14,783 bases of DNA from a virus. Lineage: Duplodnaviria; Heunggongvirae; Uroviricota; Caudoviricetes. Position 1 is the first letter of the stretch. Each line of letters opens with the position of its first letter. Below are positions 4,859 to 12,891 of the stretch, piece by piece. The notes below the pieces were generated by a model. The model was not told the DNA's origin. It made no database searches and saw only the letters and a program-made list of their open reading frames with translations. Location of the stretch: IMG/VR virus record IMGVR_UViG_3300042298_002704; one strand, 5' to 3'. The position numbers were made by a program, and so were the translations under genes.

Positions 4859-6961
4859 ATGAATTGTAAAATTTGTAACAAAGAATTAACTAAAAAGCAA
4901 ACTCAATTTTGCTCTATTGAATGTAAATCAAAGTCACAGGGTCAACAACCAAAAGAAGTTTTTGATAATACCAAAATTTACAAAAGCAAAATTGACGGTA
5001 AAGAATTTAGTCTTGGAGGGCTTCGAGCCGGAGCATTGTTAAAATATTCGGAAAAAACTTTAAATAAAGAATTTAACATTAATGATTGGGAGATCGTTGA
5101 CAATCCAAAAAACAATGATCGGCGATGGAATTGTCCGCATTGTGATTGGTCAGGTAAAACGTTAAATGGTGTAGATAATGGTGGCTGGGTTGCAAAACAT
5201 TTATTAACTCGACACACAATTGATAAAGTAACTCATGTAGAACAGTTTCCAGATGATTCGATATTGTGGCCAAATCAGTTAATCAAGGCTCAGAAAAAAG
5301 TTAAAATTAACGAATCGCCCGAAAATCGAGTTCAGTGTATGGTGTGTGGGGAATTTATGTCAAGAATTAATAATTCGCATTTGAAAACGCACGGAATGAC
5401 CGAAGTTGAATATAAATTAAAGTACGGTAAGGATTCTATTTCTTCAAAAGCGTTCCGCAAAAGAATGTCCGAAATTTATTATCAAAATGATAAGATGCAA
5501 TCAAAATTATCCCGGTCGAAATACGAAGATGAACTTTGTGAGTTTTTCAATGCGTTGGGAATTGAAGTAGTTACCAATAATAAATCTATGCTAAGTATGG
5601 ATATAGATTTATATTTACCCGAATTCAAACTGGCTATCGAGTTTAATGGTCTTTATTTTCATTCTGAACTTGGGGGCGAAAAAACTGAAATGTATCATTT
5701 AAATAAAACAAAAAAATGTGAACAAAATGGTATTCAGTTAATTCATATATTTGAAGATGAATGGGTTAATAAACGTGAAATTGTTTCAAGTAGGCTGAAA
5801 AATCTTGTAAAGAAAACTGAAAATGTTGTGTATGCGCGAAAGTGTAATTTAAGAGAAGTCTCGTATCAAGAAGCAAAAACCTTTTTAAATGTAAATCATT
5901 TACAGGGATCGAACTCAAATATGCCTGTTCGGTTAGGACTTTATTCGAATGACGAACTCGTGTCATTGATGACATTTTCAAAAGTTAGAAACTCAACTGG
6001 AAATAAAATTAAGTCTGAAAACGATTGGGAATTGTTACGATTTTGCAACAAGTTAAATTTTAACGTAATTGGCGGTGCAAGTAAACTATTAAAATATTTT
6101 GAAATTAACTTTAACCCCAATAACATAACTTCGTTTGCAGATCGACGATGGACACCATCGTTCAAAAATTCATTATATGATGAATTGAAGTTCACATTGA
6201 CTTCAAAAGGTTCGCCTAATTATTGGTATTTGGTCGAACCTATGAAACGTCATCACCGTTTTAATTTTACAAAACATCGAATTATTGAAAGGTTCCCCGA
6301 TGCAGATAAAAATGAAAGTGAATGGCAAAATATGGTAAATTTGGGCTTTGATCGAATTTGGGATTGTGGTTCGTTAAAATATGAAAAGAGGTTTGAAAGA
6401 AATTCAATTGTAAATAAGGATGAACCAAACGAACGCTCTCACGAAATCATAAACAAGCCCAAACGTAGAAGAAAACGCAAAGAAACTACGCGAAATATTT
6501 CGGACGTTAAATGTCAAATATGCAGAAATTCATATTCAATTGTCGGAATTGCATCTCATTTTATTCGTAACCATGAGATGACTGTTGATGAATATGTTTC
6601 AAAATTTGGAGAATATCGTCCATCTAAATTAAAAGAACTTGAAATAAAAAACAAGTCTGTCGGAGATTTTACTTGTAAAATTTGTGGATTCGAATGTAGA
6701 GGCGAAAAGCACTTATCAGTTCATGTATTGAACCAGCATAATTTGAAAAAACTTGATTATGTAATTCAATATTTATTTAATGGGCAAATACCAAAATGTA
6801 AATGCGGCTGCGGAATTGAAGTTGGAATTTTAAGTTATTCGCCATATTATCGAGAATTTATTTCGGGACACAATTCAAGAAATGGGTTGAATTCGATGAG
6901 TGGCAGACAACATTCAGAAGAAAGTAAAAATAAGATGTCCAAACCAAAACGAAAAAAATAA
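4859..6961 (+). CDS. Free-standing Hef-like homing endonuclease: multiple Zn fingers + Vsr-like PD-(D/E)xK nuclease + Mom-like GNAT domain + NUMOD3
   Basis: Zn motifs include CKIC...FCSIEC, CPHC..KHLLTRH, CMVC..SHLKTH, CQIC..SHFIRNH, CKIC..HVLNQH and CKCGCG. Nuclease core: SKYEDEL...DIDLYLPEFKLAIEFNGLYFHS...LIHIFEDEW. GNAT-like block: NHLQG...WELLRFC...GGASKLL...SFADRRW...LY...IWDCG. C-terminal GRQHSEESKNKMS is NUMOD3-like. Confidence 0.75.
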   Translation: MNCKICNKELTKKQTQFCSIECKSKSQGQQPKEVFDNTKIYKSKIDGKEFSLGGLRAGALLKYSEKTLNKEFNINDWEIVDNPKNNDRRWNCPHCDWSGKTLNGVDNGGWVAKHLLTRHTIDKVTHVEQFPDDSILWPNQLIKAQKKVKINESPENRVQCMVCGEFMSRINNSHLKTHGMTEVEYKLKYGKDSISSKAFRKRMSEIYYQNDKMQSKLSRSKYEDELCEFFNALGIEVVTNNKSMLSMDIDLYLPEFKLAIEFNGLYFHSELGGEKTEMYHLNKTKKCEQNGIQLIHIFEDEWVNKREIVSSRLKNLVKKTENVVYARKCNLREVSYQEAKTFLNVNHLQGSNSNMPVRLGLYSNDELVSLMTFSKVRNSTGNKIKSENDWELLRFCNKLNFNVIGGASKLLKYFEINFNPNNITSFADRRWTPSFKNSLYDELKFTLTSKGSPNYWYLVEPMKRHHRFNFTKHRIIERFPDADKNESEWQNMVNLGFDRIWDCGSLKYEKRFERNSIVNKDEPNERSHEIINKPKRRRKRKETTRNISDVKCQICRNSYSIVGIASHFIRNHEMTVDEYVSKFGEYRPSKLKELEIKNKSVGDFTCKICGFECRGEKHLSVHVLNQHNLKKLDYVIQYLFNGQIPKCKCGCGIEVGILSYSPYYREFISGHNSRNGLNSMSGRQHSEESKNKMSKPKRKK

Positions 6962-6962
6962 G

Positions 6963-6977
6963 TTAACAACTTGTTAA
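6963..6977. repeat. Perfect inverted repeat TTAACAA-C-TTGTTAA (possible operator)
   Basis: A 7-1-7 palindrome directly after the endonuclease stop and 13 nt upstream of a -33 box. Confidence 0.5.
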
Positions 6978-6990
6978 TGTTCAAAAAACA

Positions 6991-7022
6991 TTTGGTAGGT
7001 TCAAAAAATGCACCTACTTTTG
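6991..7022 (+). promoter_or_regulatory. Bacteroidota housekeeping-sigma promoter for the accessory operon
   Basis: TTTG (6991-6994), a 20-nt spacer and TACTTTTG (7015-7022), ending 19 nt before the ATG at 7042. Confidence 0.7.
6995..7021 (+). terminator. Possible intrinsic terminator overlapping the promoter
   Basis: GTAGGTTCA-AAAAA-TGCACCTAC (8 of 9 pairs) followed by TTTT, downstream of the endonuclease gene. Confidence 0.45.
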
Positions 7023-7041
7023 TGTATAAAATTTTTGAAAC

Positions 7042-7248
7042 ATGACCATAATACTAACCTTTATTTACCTGATATCCAATCGCTCGCTAATTGTTTATAA
7101 ATATGATTATCAAGCAGCGATTGGTTCTTTGGGAATAATGCGTTCCCTTGGTTGGATTATTGCAAATATTCAAGTTAATGAAACGATTTTGCAAGAACCT
7201 CCGTTTATTTGTCGAACTTTTAACTCAATACCAGAAAAATATCTATGA
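7042..7248 (+). CDS. Hypothetical protein
   Basis: 68 aa, first ORF behind the promoter, with ATGA overlap into the next gene. No recognised motif. Confidence 0.45.
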   Translation: MTIILTFIYLISNRSLIVYKYDYQAAIGSLGIMRSLGWIIANIQVNETILQEPPFICRTFNSIPEKYL

Positions 7249-7616
7249 TAAACATAAATAGTTACTTTTCATTTGATGTGAACGTTTTTGACCAGCCAGT
7301 CAAAAGATCAAAATATGAATACCCGTATTCATACGACGCTCACATTATTCATCGTCTACGAGACAATGTTGACGGTATGACTTCAGTTTATTCGGATCGG
7401 ATGATGCACTGGGGTTGGGAAAAATTTCACGATTCCTGTCAAGAAATATTTGGGGATAGCGGGCAATTGTTCAACACCTCAAAAAGAACTCCCAAGTTGA
7501 TTGAAAAATTCTTGCAACGTTATTTTGACGAACCTGAACTTCAACTAATTGCAGTTGAGGAAGGTTGTAACGTTTCAAATGGTTACCCGTATTGGGTATT
7601 TCACTTTAAAAAATGA
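7245..7616 (+). CDS. Conserved phage hypothetical protein
   Basis: 123 aa with a conserved-looking pattern seen in phage proteins of unknown function: YPYSYD, VYSDR...W, FG..GQ, IEKFL..Y, EGCNVSNGYPYWVFHF. Confidence 0.75.
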   Translation: MININSYFSFDVNVFDQPVKRSKYEYPYSYDAHIIHRLRDNVDGMTSVYSDRMMHWGWEKFHDSCQEIFGDSGQLFNTSKRTPKLIEKFLQRYFDEPELQLIAVEEGCNVSNGYPYWVFHFKK

Positions 7617-7622
7617 ATTACC

Positions 7623-7829
7623 ATGTTCGAAATCGGAGATATTGTTGCATATAGGAAATGGGATTGGACACATTGCCAGTTTCATCCCGATAAATGGGTT
7701 ATCATTGACCGTGACCATATTCATCTACAATATGATGATTACGTTTGGGAATATACAATTCAAAATCAGGAAACTGGCGAAGTTATAACAAACGTAACAG
7801 ATATTCAAATAAAAAACTTTTATGAGTAA
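7623..7829 (+). CDS. Hypothetical protein (small beta-rich, F.IGD.V start)
   Basis: 68 aa filling the gap between neighbours. The MFEIGDIV start is typical of small SH3/KOW-like phage proteins. Confidence 0.6.
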   Translation: MFEIGDIVAYRKWDWTHCQFHPDKWVIIDRDHIHLQYDDYVWEYTIQNQETGEVITNVTDIQIKNFYE

Positions 7830-8412
7830 GATAACCTTCATAGGCGACGTTCATGGCAAGGTTCATGAATATAAAAAAATTGTTGACAAATGTGAATTTA
7901 GCATTTGTGTAGGTGATGTTGGATTCGAACCTGAATTCAACTGGTTGAAGAAGCAAACATTTGATGGTACTCATTATATTGTTCCGGGAAATCATGATTA
8001 TATCCCAGATAGATATTCATTTCCGTATATTGGTGATTATGATGAAATTGAATATTATTCAATTTTTATGGTTCGCGGAGCCGAATCAATCGATAAACAT
8101 ATTCGAATTGAAGGTTTGGATTGGTTCGCAAATGAAGAACTTTCGTATTCAGAACAACTTGAAGCGTTTGACGAATATATTAAGGTTAAACCTGAAATTG
8201 TCGTTTCCCACGATTGTCCGCAGTCGGTTATGGAAAAACTTTTTGGTTATCCCGAAAAATCACAAACCAGAACTATGTTAGAAATGATGTTTCAAGAACA
8301 CCAACCTCAACTTTGGGTTTTTGGCCATCATCACCGATCAAAGGACGTTCAAATAAATGGAACAAGGTTTGTTTGTTTAAATGAACTTGAAACAATGACA
8401 TTGGAACTGTAA
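7822..8412 (+). CDS. Calcineurin-like metallophosphoesterase
   Basis: All five motifs are present: IGDVHG, VGDVG, PGNHD, VSHDCP, FGHHH. Confidence 0.92.
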   Translation: MSKITFIGDVHGKVHEYKKIVDKCEFSICVGDVGFEPEFNWLKKQTFDGTHYIVPGNHDYIPDRYSFPYIGDYDEIEYYSIFMVRGAESIDKHIRIEGLDWFANEELSYSEQLEAFDEYIKVKPEIVVSHDCPQSVMEKLFGYPEKSQTRTMLEMMFQEHQPQLWVFGHHHRSKDVQINGTRFVCLNELETMTLEL

Positions 8413-8431
8413 ACTATTAAAAAATAAATAA

Positions 8432-9268
8432 ATGATAAAAAGATTAATTCGAGAAAAAGTTTTTGAAACAAACTCAAGTTCGTGTCATTCAATTTCTTTG
8501 GGTAAGGATACTGGTAAACAATTTCTACTCGATACCATTTATCCGGATCAAAACGGAATCATTACTTTAACTGGTGGTGAATTTGGTTGGGAATGGTTTA
8601 AAGAGAATGATGCATTCGAAAAGGCAAATTATGCCGCCGTAGCATCAATGTATAATGATTCATTTAGGGAAACATTAATCCAAGTAATCAAGGATCAAAC
8701 CGGATGTGAAGAAGTTATCTTTAACGTTATAGGCGAAACAAGTTACATCAATCATAATTCTGTGGGAACCTGTCCGACTGATTATGACGGGTTAAAGGAT
8801 TTCATATTCAATAAAAATTCATGGCTGTTCGGGGGAAATGATAATTCTTCTCCTGATCCAACCTTTTATCATGTTCCCGAATATAAGGACGGGAAAATGA
8901 TCCAACCTATATATAAATGGGAATTGGTAATTGATGGATTTAAAAAAACCACCAAGTTTTTAACCTTCCCTTCCAGTGAAGAAATTGAAAATGGATTGGA
9001 ATCATTAATCGGTGGCGTATATTACAATAATGGTGTATTTGACGATGATAATGGGTTTTATGCACAAATAAATAGGAATACAAAGCAATGGCTCTATTAT
9101 TCTTCATATCGCCTTCCTGCTGATATTGAAAATGGAATTATTTATTTCGTTACAGACGATTATTTGCAACCTGCCGGCAAAATGCCGTATCAAGAACGTG
9201 AAAAACTTGCAAGAGAATTTTATAAAAAAACCGCCCAAGCGGTAAAATTTTCGATCAATGAACTTTAA
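8432..9268 (+). CDS. Conserved phage protein of the FETNSSSxHS family, function unknown
   Basis: N-terminal LIREKVFETNSSSCHS, then GGEFGW, KANYAA, YINHNS and LFGGNDN. It overlaps the radical SAM gene by 11 nt. Confidence 0.75.
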   Translation: MIKRLIREKVFETNSSSCHSISLGKDTGKQFLLDTIYPDQNGIITLTGGEFGWEWFKENDAFEKANYAAVASMYNDSFRETLIQVIKDQTGCEEVIFNVIGETSYINHNSVGTCPTDYDGLKDFIFNKNSWLFGGNDNSSPDPTFYHVPEYKDGKMIQPIYKWELVIDGFKKTTKFLTFPSSEEIENGLESLIGGVYYNNGVFDDDNGFYAQINRNTKQWLYYSSYRLPADIENGIIYFVTDDYLQPAGKMPYQEREKLAREFYKKTAQAVKFSINEL

Positions 9269-10136
9269 AAACGGTAACGCTGAAATAACCATTTATAACG
9301 ATGGGACACGCATAATTGAGTTTGAAGATCAGTTGAAATTAGATTGGCCTTTAAATATTGACATTCGGGTTTCAAATCGTTGTTCATTTGGTTTTAATCC
9401 TAAAATCAATTCCGCCTTTTGTTCCTTTTGTCATGAAAGTGCAAGGACTGACGGAGGTGAATGTGATTATGAAATTCTTAAAGATAAATTAAAAGATTTA
9501 CCTGCTGGAATTGAATTGGCAATTGGAGGAAATGAAATTACGGGTGAATTGTGTAACTTTTTAAATTGGGCGTCATTTGGCAAAAGGTTTATTTGTAATT
9601 TAACCGTGAATCAAGGTCATATTTACAAATATAGGTTCCCATTGATGACATTAATTAAATTTAAAGTTATTAAAGGACTTGGAATTTCGTATCGTTCAAG
9701 TCTTAAATGGAATATTCCAAAAGAATTTTTGAATTATGAAAATACTGTCTTTCACGTAATTGCTGGAATTGATTCAGTTCAGGACATTCTTACACTGGCA
9801 GAACGCGGAGTCAAAAAGGTTTTGGTTCTCGGAGAAAAGAATTTTGGTTTCAACGAAGGTAAGGTCGATTTGACAACTCGAAGTCATAAAGAATGGTATC
9901 GGAATGTTAGAAAATTATTTGATACCTTCGACGTAGTTTCATTTGATAACCTTGCACTTGACCAATTGAATATTAACAGATTCTTTTCAAACGATAAATG
10001 GAGTGAATTTAACCAAGGTGAACATTCATTCTATATCAATGCAGTTGATGGTTATTTTTCTCCATCTTCTCGTTCTAACGATAAAGCAGATTGGAATTCG
10101 GTTTCAATCAAAGATTATTTTCAAGTCAAAGCCTAA
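9258..10136 (+). CDS. Radical SAM superfamily protein with expanded Cys motif
   Basis: IDIRVSNRC-SFGFNPKINSAF-CSFCHES (CX12CX2C), ELAIGG (GGE-like), CNLTVN, GLGIS and a SFYINAV..SPSS C-terminal strand. Confidence 0.8.
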   Translation: MNFKNGNAEITIYNDGTRIIEFEDQLKLDWPLNIDIRVSNRCSFGFNPKINSAFCSFCHESARTDGGECDYEILKDKLKDLPAGIELAIGGNEITGELCNFLNWASFGKRFICNLTVNQGHIYKYRFPLMTLIKFKVIKGLGISYRSSLKWNIPKEFLNYENTVFHVIAGIDSVQDILTLAERGVKKVLVLGEKNFGFNEGKVDLTTRSHKEWYRNVRKLFDTFDVVSFDNLALDQLNINRFFSNDKWSEFNQGEHSFYINAVDGYFSPSSRSNDKADWNSVSIKDYFQVKA

Positions 10137-10141
10137 ATTTC

Positions 10142-10211
10142 GCCCTCTAATCAATTCTTTTTTATTTGTTGAAGTTAGGTACTTATAGATAAAGAAAGTC
10201 GATTATAGGGC
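10142..10211. other. Intergenic long imperfect stem-loop
   Basis: GCCCTCTAATC (10142-10152) pairs with GATTATAGGGC (10201-10211) at 10 of 11 positions. Inner TTCTTT (10155-10160) pairs with AAAGAA (10191-10196). Confidence 0.45.
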
Positions 10212-10231
10212 ATTTTAAAACGTTTAAAATT

Positions 10232-10420
10232 ATGTTTGATTTACTTGATGAAATGTGCGCCAGTATTATCGAATGTTCGGTTGAAGAATACATTGAACTT
10301 ACTAAAAAAGTTCCCGATACTGACGCGGAATATTTAGGCGACTTGCTTGGTAAAATTATTTTTCAAAATGAATCTGCTGAAAAAGAATTTAAAGAATATT
10401 TTGATAAATTGAAAAAATGA
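10232..10420 (+). CDS. Hypothetical protein
   Basis: 62 aa, acidic and helical, with an A/T-rich leader and ATGA overlap into the next ORF. Confidence 0.6.
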   Translation: MFDLLDEMCASIIECSVEEYIELTKKVPDTDAEYLGDLLGKIIFQNESAEKEFKEYFDKLKK

Positions 10421-10734
10421 ACAAATTTAATACCTATCCTGAATCGTGGCGAGAAATTTCAAATAAAGAATTTACTCGTGCCTTTTTCTCCTATCAAAAG
10501 GAACCTTTGGAATATCGCCAAATGTATATTGATAAAGATGATATTAAAATTGGAATGTGTCATGCAAATTTATTTGTTATTAAAGGAACCCGAAATCAAT
10601 ATGGTGAAGACGGTTTAGGTCTTGCAATGTTTGAAGTTGAACAAGAAACCAAGTTTGCAAAGTTCGGTTCAGAAGAAAACTGGCAAAAATTCCAATCATA
10701 TATAGCCTCGCAATTTAGCGGTGATAATTCTTAA
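10417..10734 (+). CDS. Hypothetical protein
   Basis: 105 aa, coupled to its neighbours. Confidence 0.65.
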   Translation: MNKFNTYPESWREISNKEFTRAFFSYQKEPLEYRQMYIDKDDIKIGMCHANLFVIKGTRNQYGEDGLGLAMFEVEQETKFAKFGSEENWQKFQSYIASQFSGDNS

Positions 10735-11551
10735 ACAAATGAAATACATTAATTTAGTTTTTCCAGAAAAAAGTGACCATATATTCAAAATTTCAAAATT
10801 TCCGGATGGTCAAGTAAATGCTTCATTTCCGTTTATTTATTCTGTTGAACCATATCGAATTATAAGTCGAATGTCGTCATACGAAGACTTGTATAAAATT
10901 CGAGCAGTTAATCAAGTTTTAAGAGATGCAAATGTTCAGTATGTTGAACTTTATTGCCCATATATTCTTGCAGCAAGATCGGATCGTAAATTTCAGGAAT
11001 ACCAAAGTTTTGATTTGAAATTGGTTGCGCAAGATATTAATTCTTGTAAATTTGATAAAGTTTTTGTACTTGATCCACATTCGGATGTTTTACCAGCACT
11101 TGTTGAAAACTGCATTCCGTTGGATGCGTTAACTGGTTGGTTGAGTTGGATTAAAAATCCTACCCATTTTTGGGAAAATAAAACTTTGATAAGTCCGGAT
11201 GCAGGAGCGTTTAAAAAGTTGTTTAAAATTTCAGAACAATTGAATGTCCCACTTATAACTGGTTCAAAGGTTAGATTTGATGGTAAAATCGATACTGTTT
11301 TTCATGGCGATGTAAATGGTAAAGAATGTGTCATTGTGGATGATATTTGTGATGGTGGTAGAACGTTTGTTCAACTTGCAAACAAATTGAAAGACTTAGG
11401 AGCCAGTAAAGTAATTTTGATGGTCACGCATGGTATTTTTTCCAATGGTCTAACCTTGGAAGGGATTGATGAAATTTACACCACAAATTCATATCGAGAA
11501 TTTGATTTGTCTGGAATTTCAGATAGGTTTCATGTTATAAATGTTTATTAG
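10721..11551 (+). CDS. prs: Ribose-phosphate pyrophosphokinase-like protein (probable NARP1 Adps, ADPR pyrophosphokinase); real start may be ATG 10739
   Basis: FPDGQ, PYILAARSDR, LDPHS, ISPDAGA, VIVDDICDGGRTF (PRT-family PRPP-binding loop) and THGIFS. A NAMPT-like gene lies 1.3 kb downstream. Confidence 0.9.
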   Translation: MIILKQMKYINLVFPEKSDHIFKISKFPDGQVNASFPFIYSVEPYRIISRMSSYEDLYKIRAVNQVLRDANVQYVELYCPYILAARSDRKFQEYQSFDLKLVAQDINSCKFDKVFVLDPHSDVLPALVENCIPLDALTGWLSWIKNPTHFWENKTLISPDAGAFKKLFKISEQLNVPLITGSKVRFDGKIDTVFHGDVNGKECVIVDDICDGGRTFVQLANKLKDLGASKVILMVTHGIFSNGLTLEGIDEIYTTNSYREFDLSGISDRFHVINVY

Positions 11552-11553
11552 AA

Positions 11554-11823
11554 ATGATAGATTTAAATCAAGTTCCACTTAAAATTCAAATACAGTTAAT
11601 TGAACATTATAAACATATCGAGTCGGAATGTAGAACCTTTGTTGGAAATTATTCTAAGACGTGTCCAGCCGATAGCACAGTACAAGATTTTTTGGATTAT
11701 GTGTATCAATCATCATTTGAATACACAGTAGTTGCATTTTTTATATTTAAAAATGATGTTGAATATAAAGAAAAGATTTGGTTAGTAATATTTGATAAAA
11801 TAAACTCGCTATTAAATGAATAA
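11554..11823 (+). CDS. Hypothetical protein
   Basis: 89 aa, tightly packed between prs and the HAD gene. Confidence 0.6.
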   Translation: MIDLNQVPLKIQIQLIEHYKHIESECRTFVGNYSKTCPADSTVQDFLDYVYQSSFEYTVVAFFIFKNDVEYKEKIWLVIFDKINSLLNE

Positions 11824-12256
11824 ATTTCAAAAAAGGTTAATTGACGAATGGTCACAATACGGTAAAATAATCATTGCCGTTGATTTTGACGACACTATTT
11901 CCCCCTTCAAATTTAATGAAATTGAGGATAATCAATTTTATGTTCGAGTTTGGAATCTTCTAAATCAATGTTATCAAACGGGTGCATATATCGTTTGTCA
12001 TACAAGTTGCAATCCAGATCGTTACGAATTTATTCAAAATGAATTTAAACGAAATGGTATTCCAGAAGTTCATATCAACCAAACTCCAATTGATTTACCT
12101 TACGGAAATACAGGTTCAAAAGTTTATGCAAATATTTACTTGGATGACCGGGCAGGTTTAAATGAAGCATTGGAAATGTTGGAAACTGCATTATATCATC
12201 AACGAGGAAAACTTCAAAGTGAACGTTCATCGTATCCCGGTTCATTGGGATTTTAA
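11816..12256 (+). CDS. HAD-superfamily hydrolase (small phage type)
   Basis: Motif I IIAVDFDDT (DxDxT), motif II CHTS and motif IV YLDDR. Confidence 0.8.
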   Translation: MNKFQKRLIDEWSQYGKIIIAVDFDDTISPFKFNEIEDNQFYVRVWNLLNQCYQTGAYIVCHTSCNPDRYEFIQNEFKRNGIPEVHINQTPIDLPYGNTGSKVYANIYLDDRAGLNEALEMLETALYHQRGKLQSERSSYPGSLGF

Positions 12257-12266
12257 AAATAAAAAT

Positions 12267-12608
12267 ATGACTAAACTTTTTTATCGAATTGGTACTGATA
12301 CAAACGAAGGTTTATGGTATGACAAAAATGGTAATTTCACCGGATTGATTCATTCAAAGTTTGATTTTTGTACTAACTCGAAACTTGAAATGCCTTATGA
12401 TCCTGAAATTGTTGGTTATTTGTCAGTAGCAGATTCACTTGAACATTTATACCAATGGTTTACAAAACAGGATATTCTGAAATTGCAAGAATACGGTTTT
12501 TCAATTTTGGAATATAAATCGTTTGAATGGAAATTTTATCAACCATTTCAACATAACGTCATAAAACAAACATCATCAATATTAACCAATAAACTAATTT
12601 TAGTATGA
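12267..12608 (+). CDS. Conserved phage hypothetical protein (start moved from 12162 to ATG 12267)
   Basis: ATG 12267 follows the upstream stop (12256) and an A-rich leader. The longer start overlaps the HAD gene by 95 nt. The protein reads LFYRIG..EGLWYD..GNFTGLIH..FC.N..L.MP.D...GYLS...L..WF. Confidence 0.7.
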   Translation: MTKLFYRIGTDTNEGLWYDKNGNFTGLIHSKFDFCTNSKLEMPYDPEIVGYLSVADSLEHLYQWFTKQDILKLQEYGFSILEYKSFEWKFYQPFQHNVIKQTSSILTNKLILV

Positions 12609-12874
12609 AAGCACAGAAAAAACCAGTAATAATTGATTACATTCAAGTTGAAACACCAATAAATTTGAGCGAAATATTTGAATGGGTAACTTCATTTGGT
12701 CAAAATTTTTACCAACATTTCAAATATAATATTCACACAGAAGAATTTTCAGTTAAAACGCTTGAAGGGGCGTCATATTCAGTTTCGAGTGATGACGTGA
12801 TAATTCGAGGCATTAAGGGCGAATATTATCCTTGTAAAAAGGATATTTTTGAACAAACTTACGAAATAATTTAA
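12605..12874 (+). CDS. Conserved small phage protein (KKPV...TLEG...YPCKxDIFxxTYE family, PGDYG-like)
   Basis: KKPVIID, KTLEG and DVIIRGIKGEYYPCKKDIFEQTYE form a very common phage signature. Confidence 0.8.
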   Translation: MKAQKKPVIIDYIQVETPINLSEIFEWVTSFGQNFYQHFKYNIHTEEFSVKTLEGASYSVSSDDVIIRGIKGEYYPCKKDIFEQTYEII

Positions 12875-12891
12875 ACTAAAATAATAAAAAC

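Noticed and set aside
4978-6195. Antisense ORFs within the Hef-like gene (4978-5217, 5079-5273, 5766-5981, 5941-6195)
   Set aside because: They are short, motif-free and opposite a long multi-domain gene.
7096-7103. TATAAATA (T4 late promoter consensus)
   Set aside because: A single occurrence inside an ORF in AT-rich DNA, and not found upstream of the structural genes.
7549-10188. Overlapping alternative ORFs (7549-7788, 7783-7995, 7961-8281, 9104-9292, 10003-10188)
   Set aside because: Each overlaps better-supported genes that already tile the region.
12162-12266. Longer start for the 12162..12608 ORF
   Set aside because: It overlaps the HAD gene by 95 nt. ATG 12267 follows the HAD stop with a typical A-rich leader.
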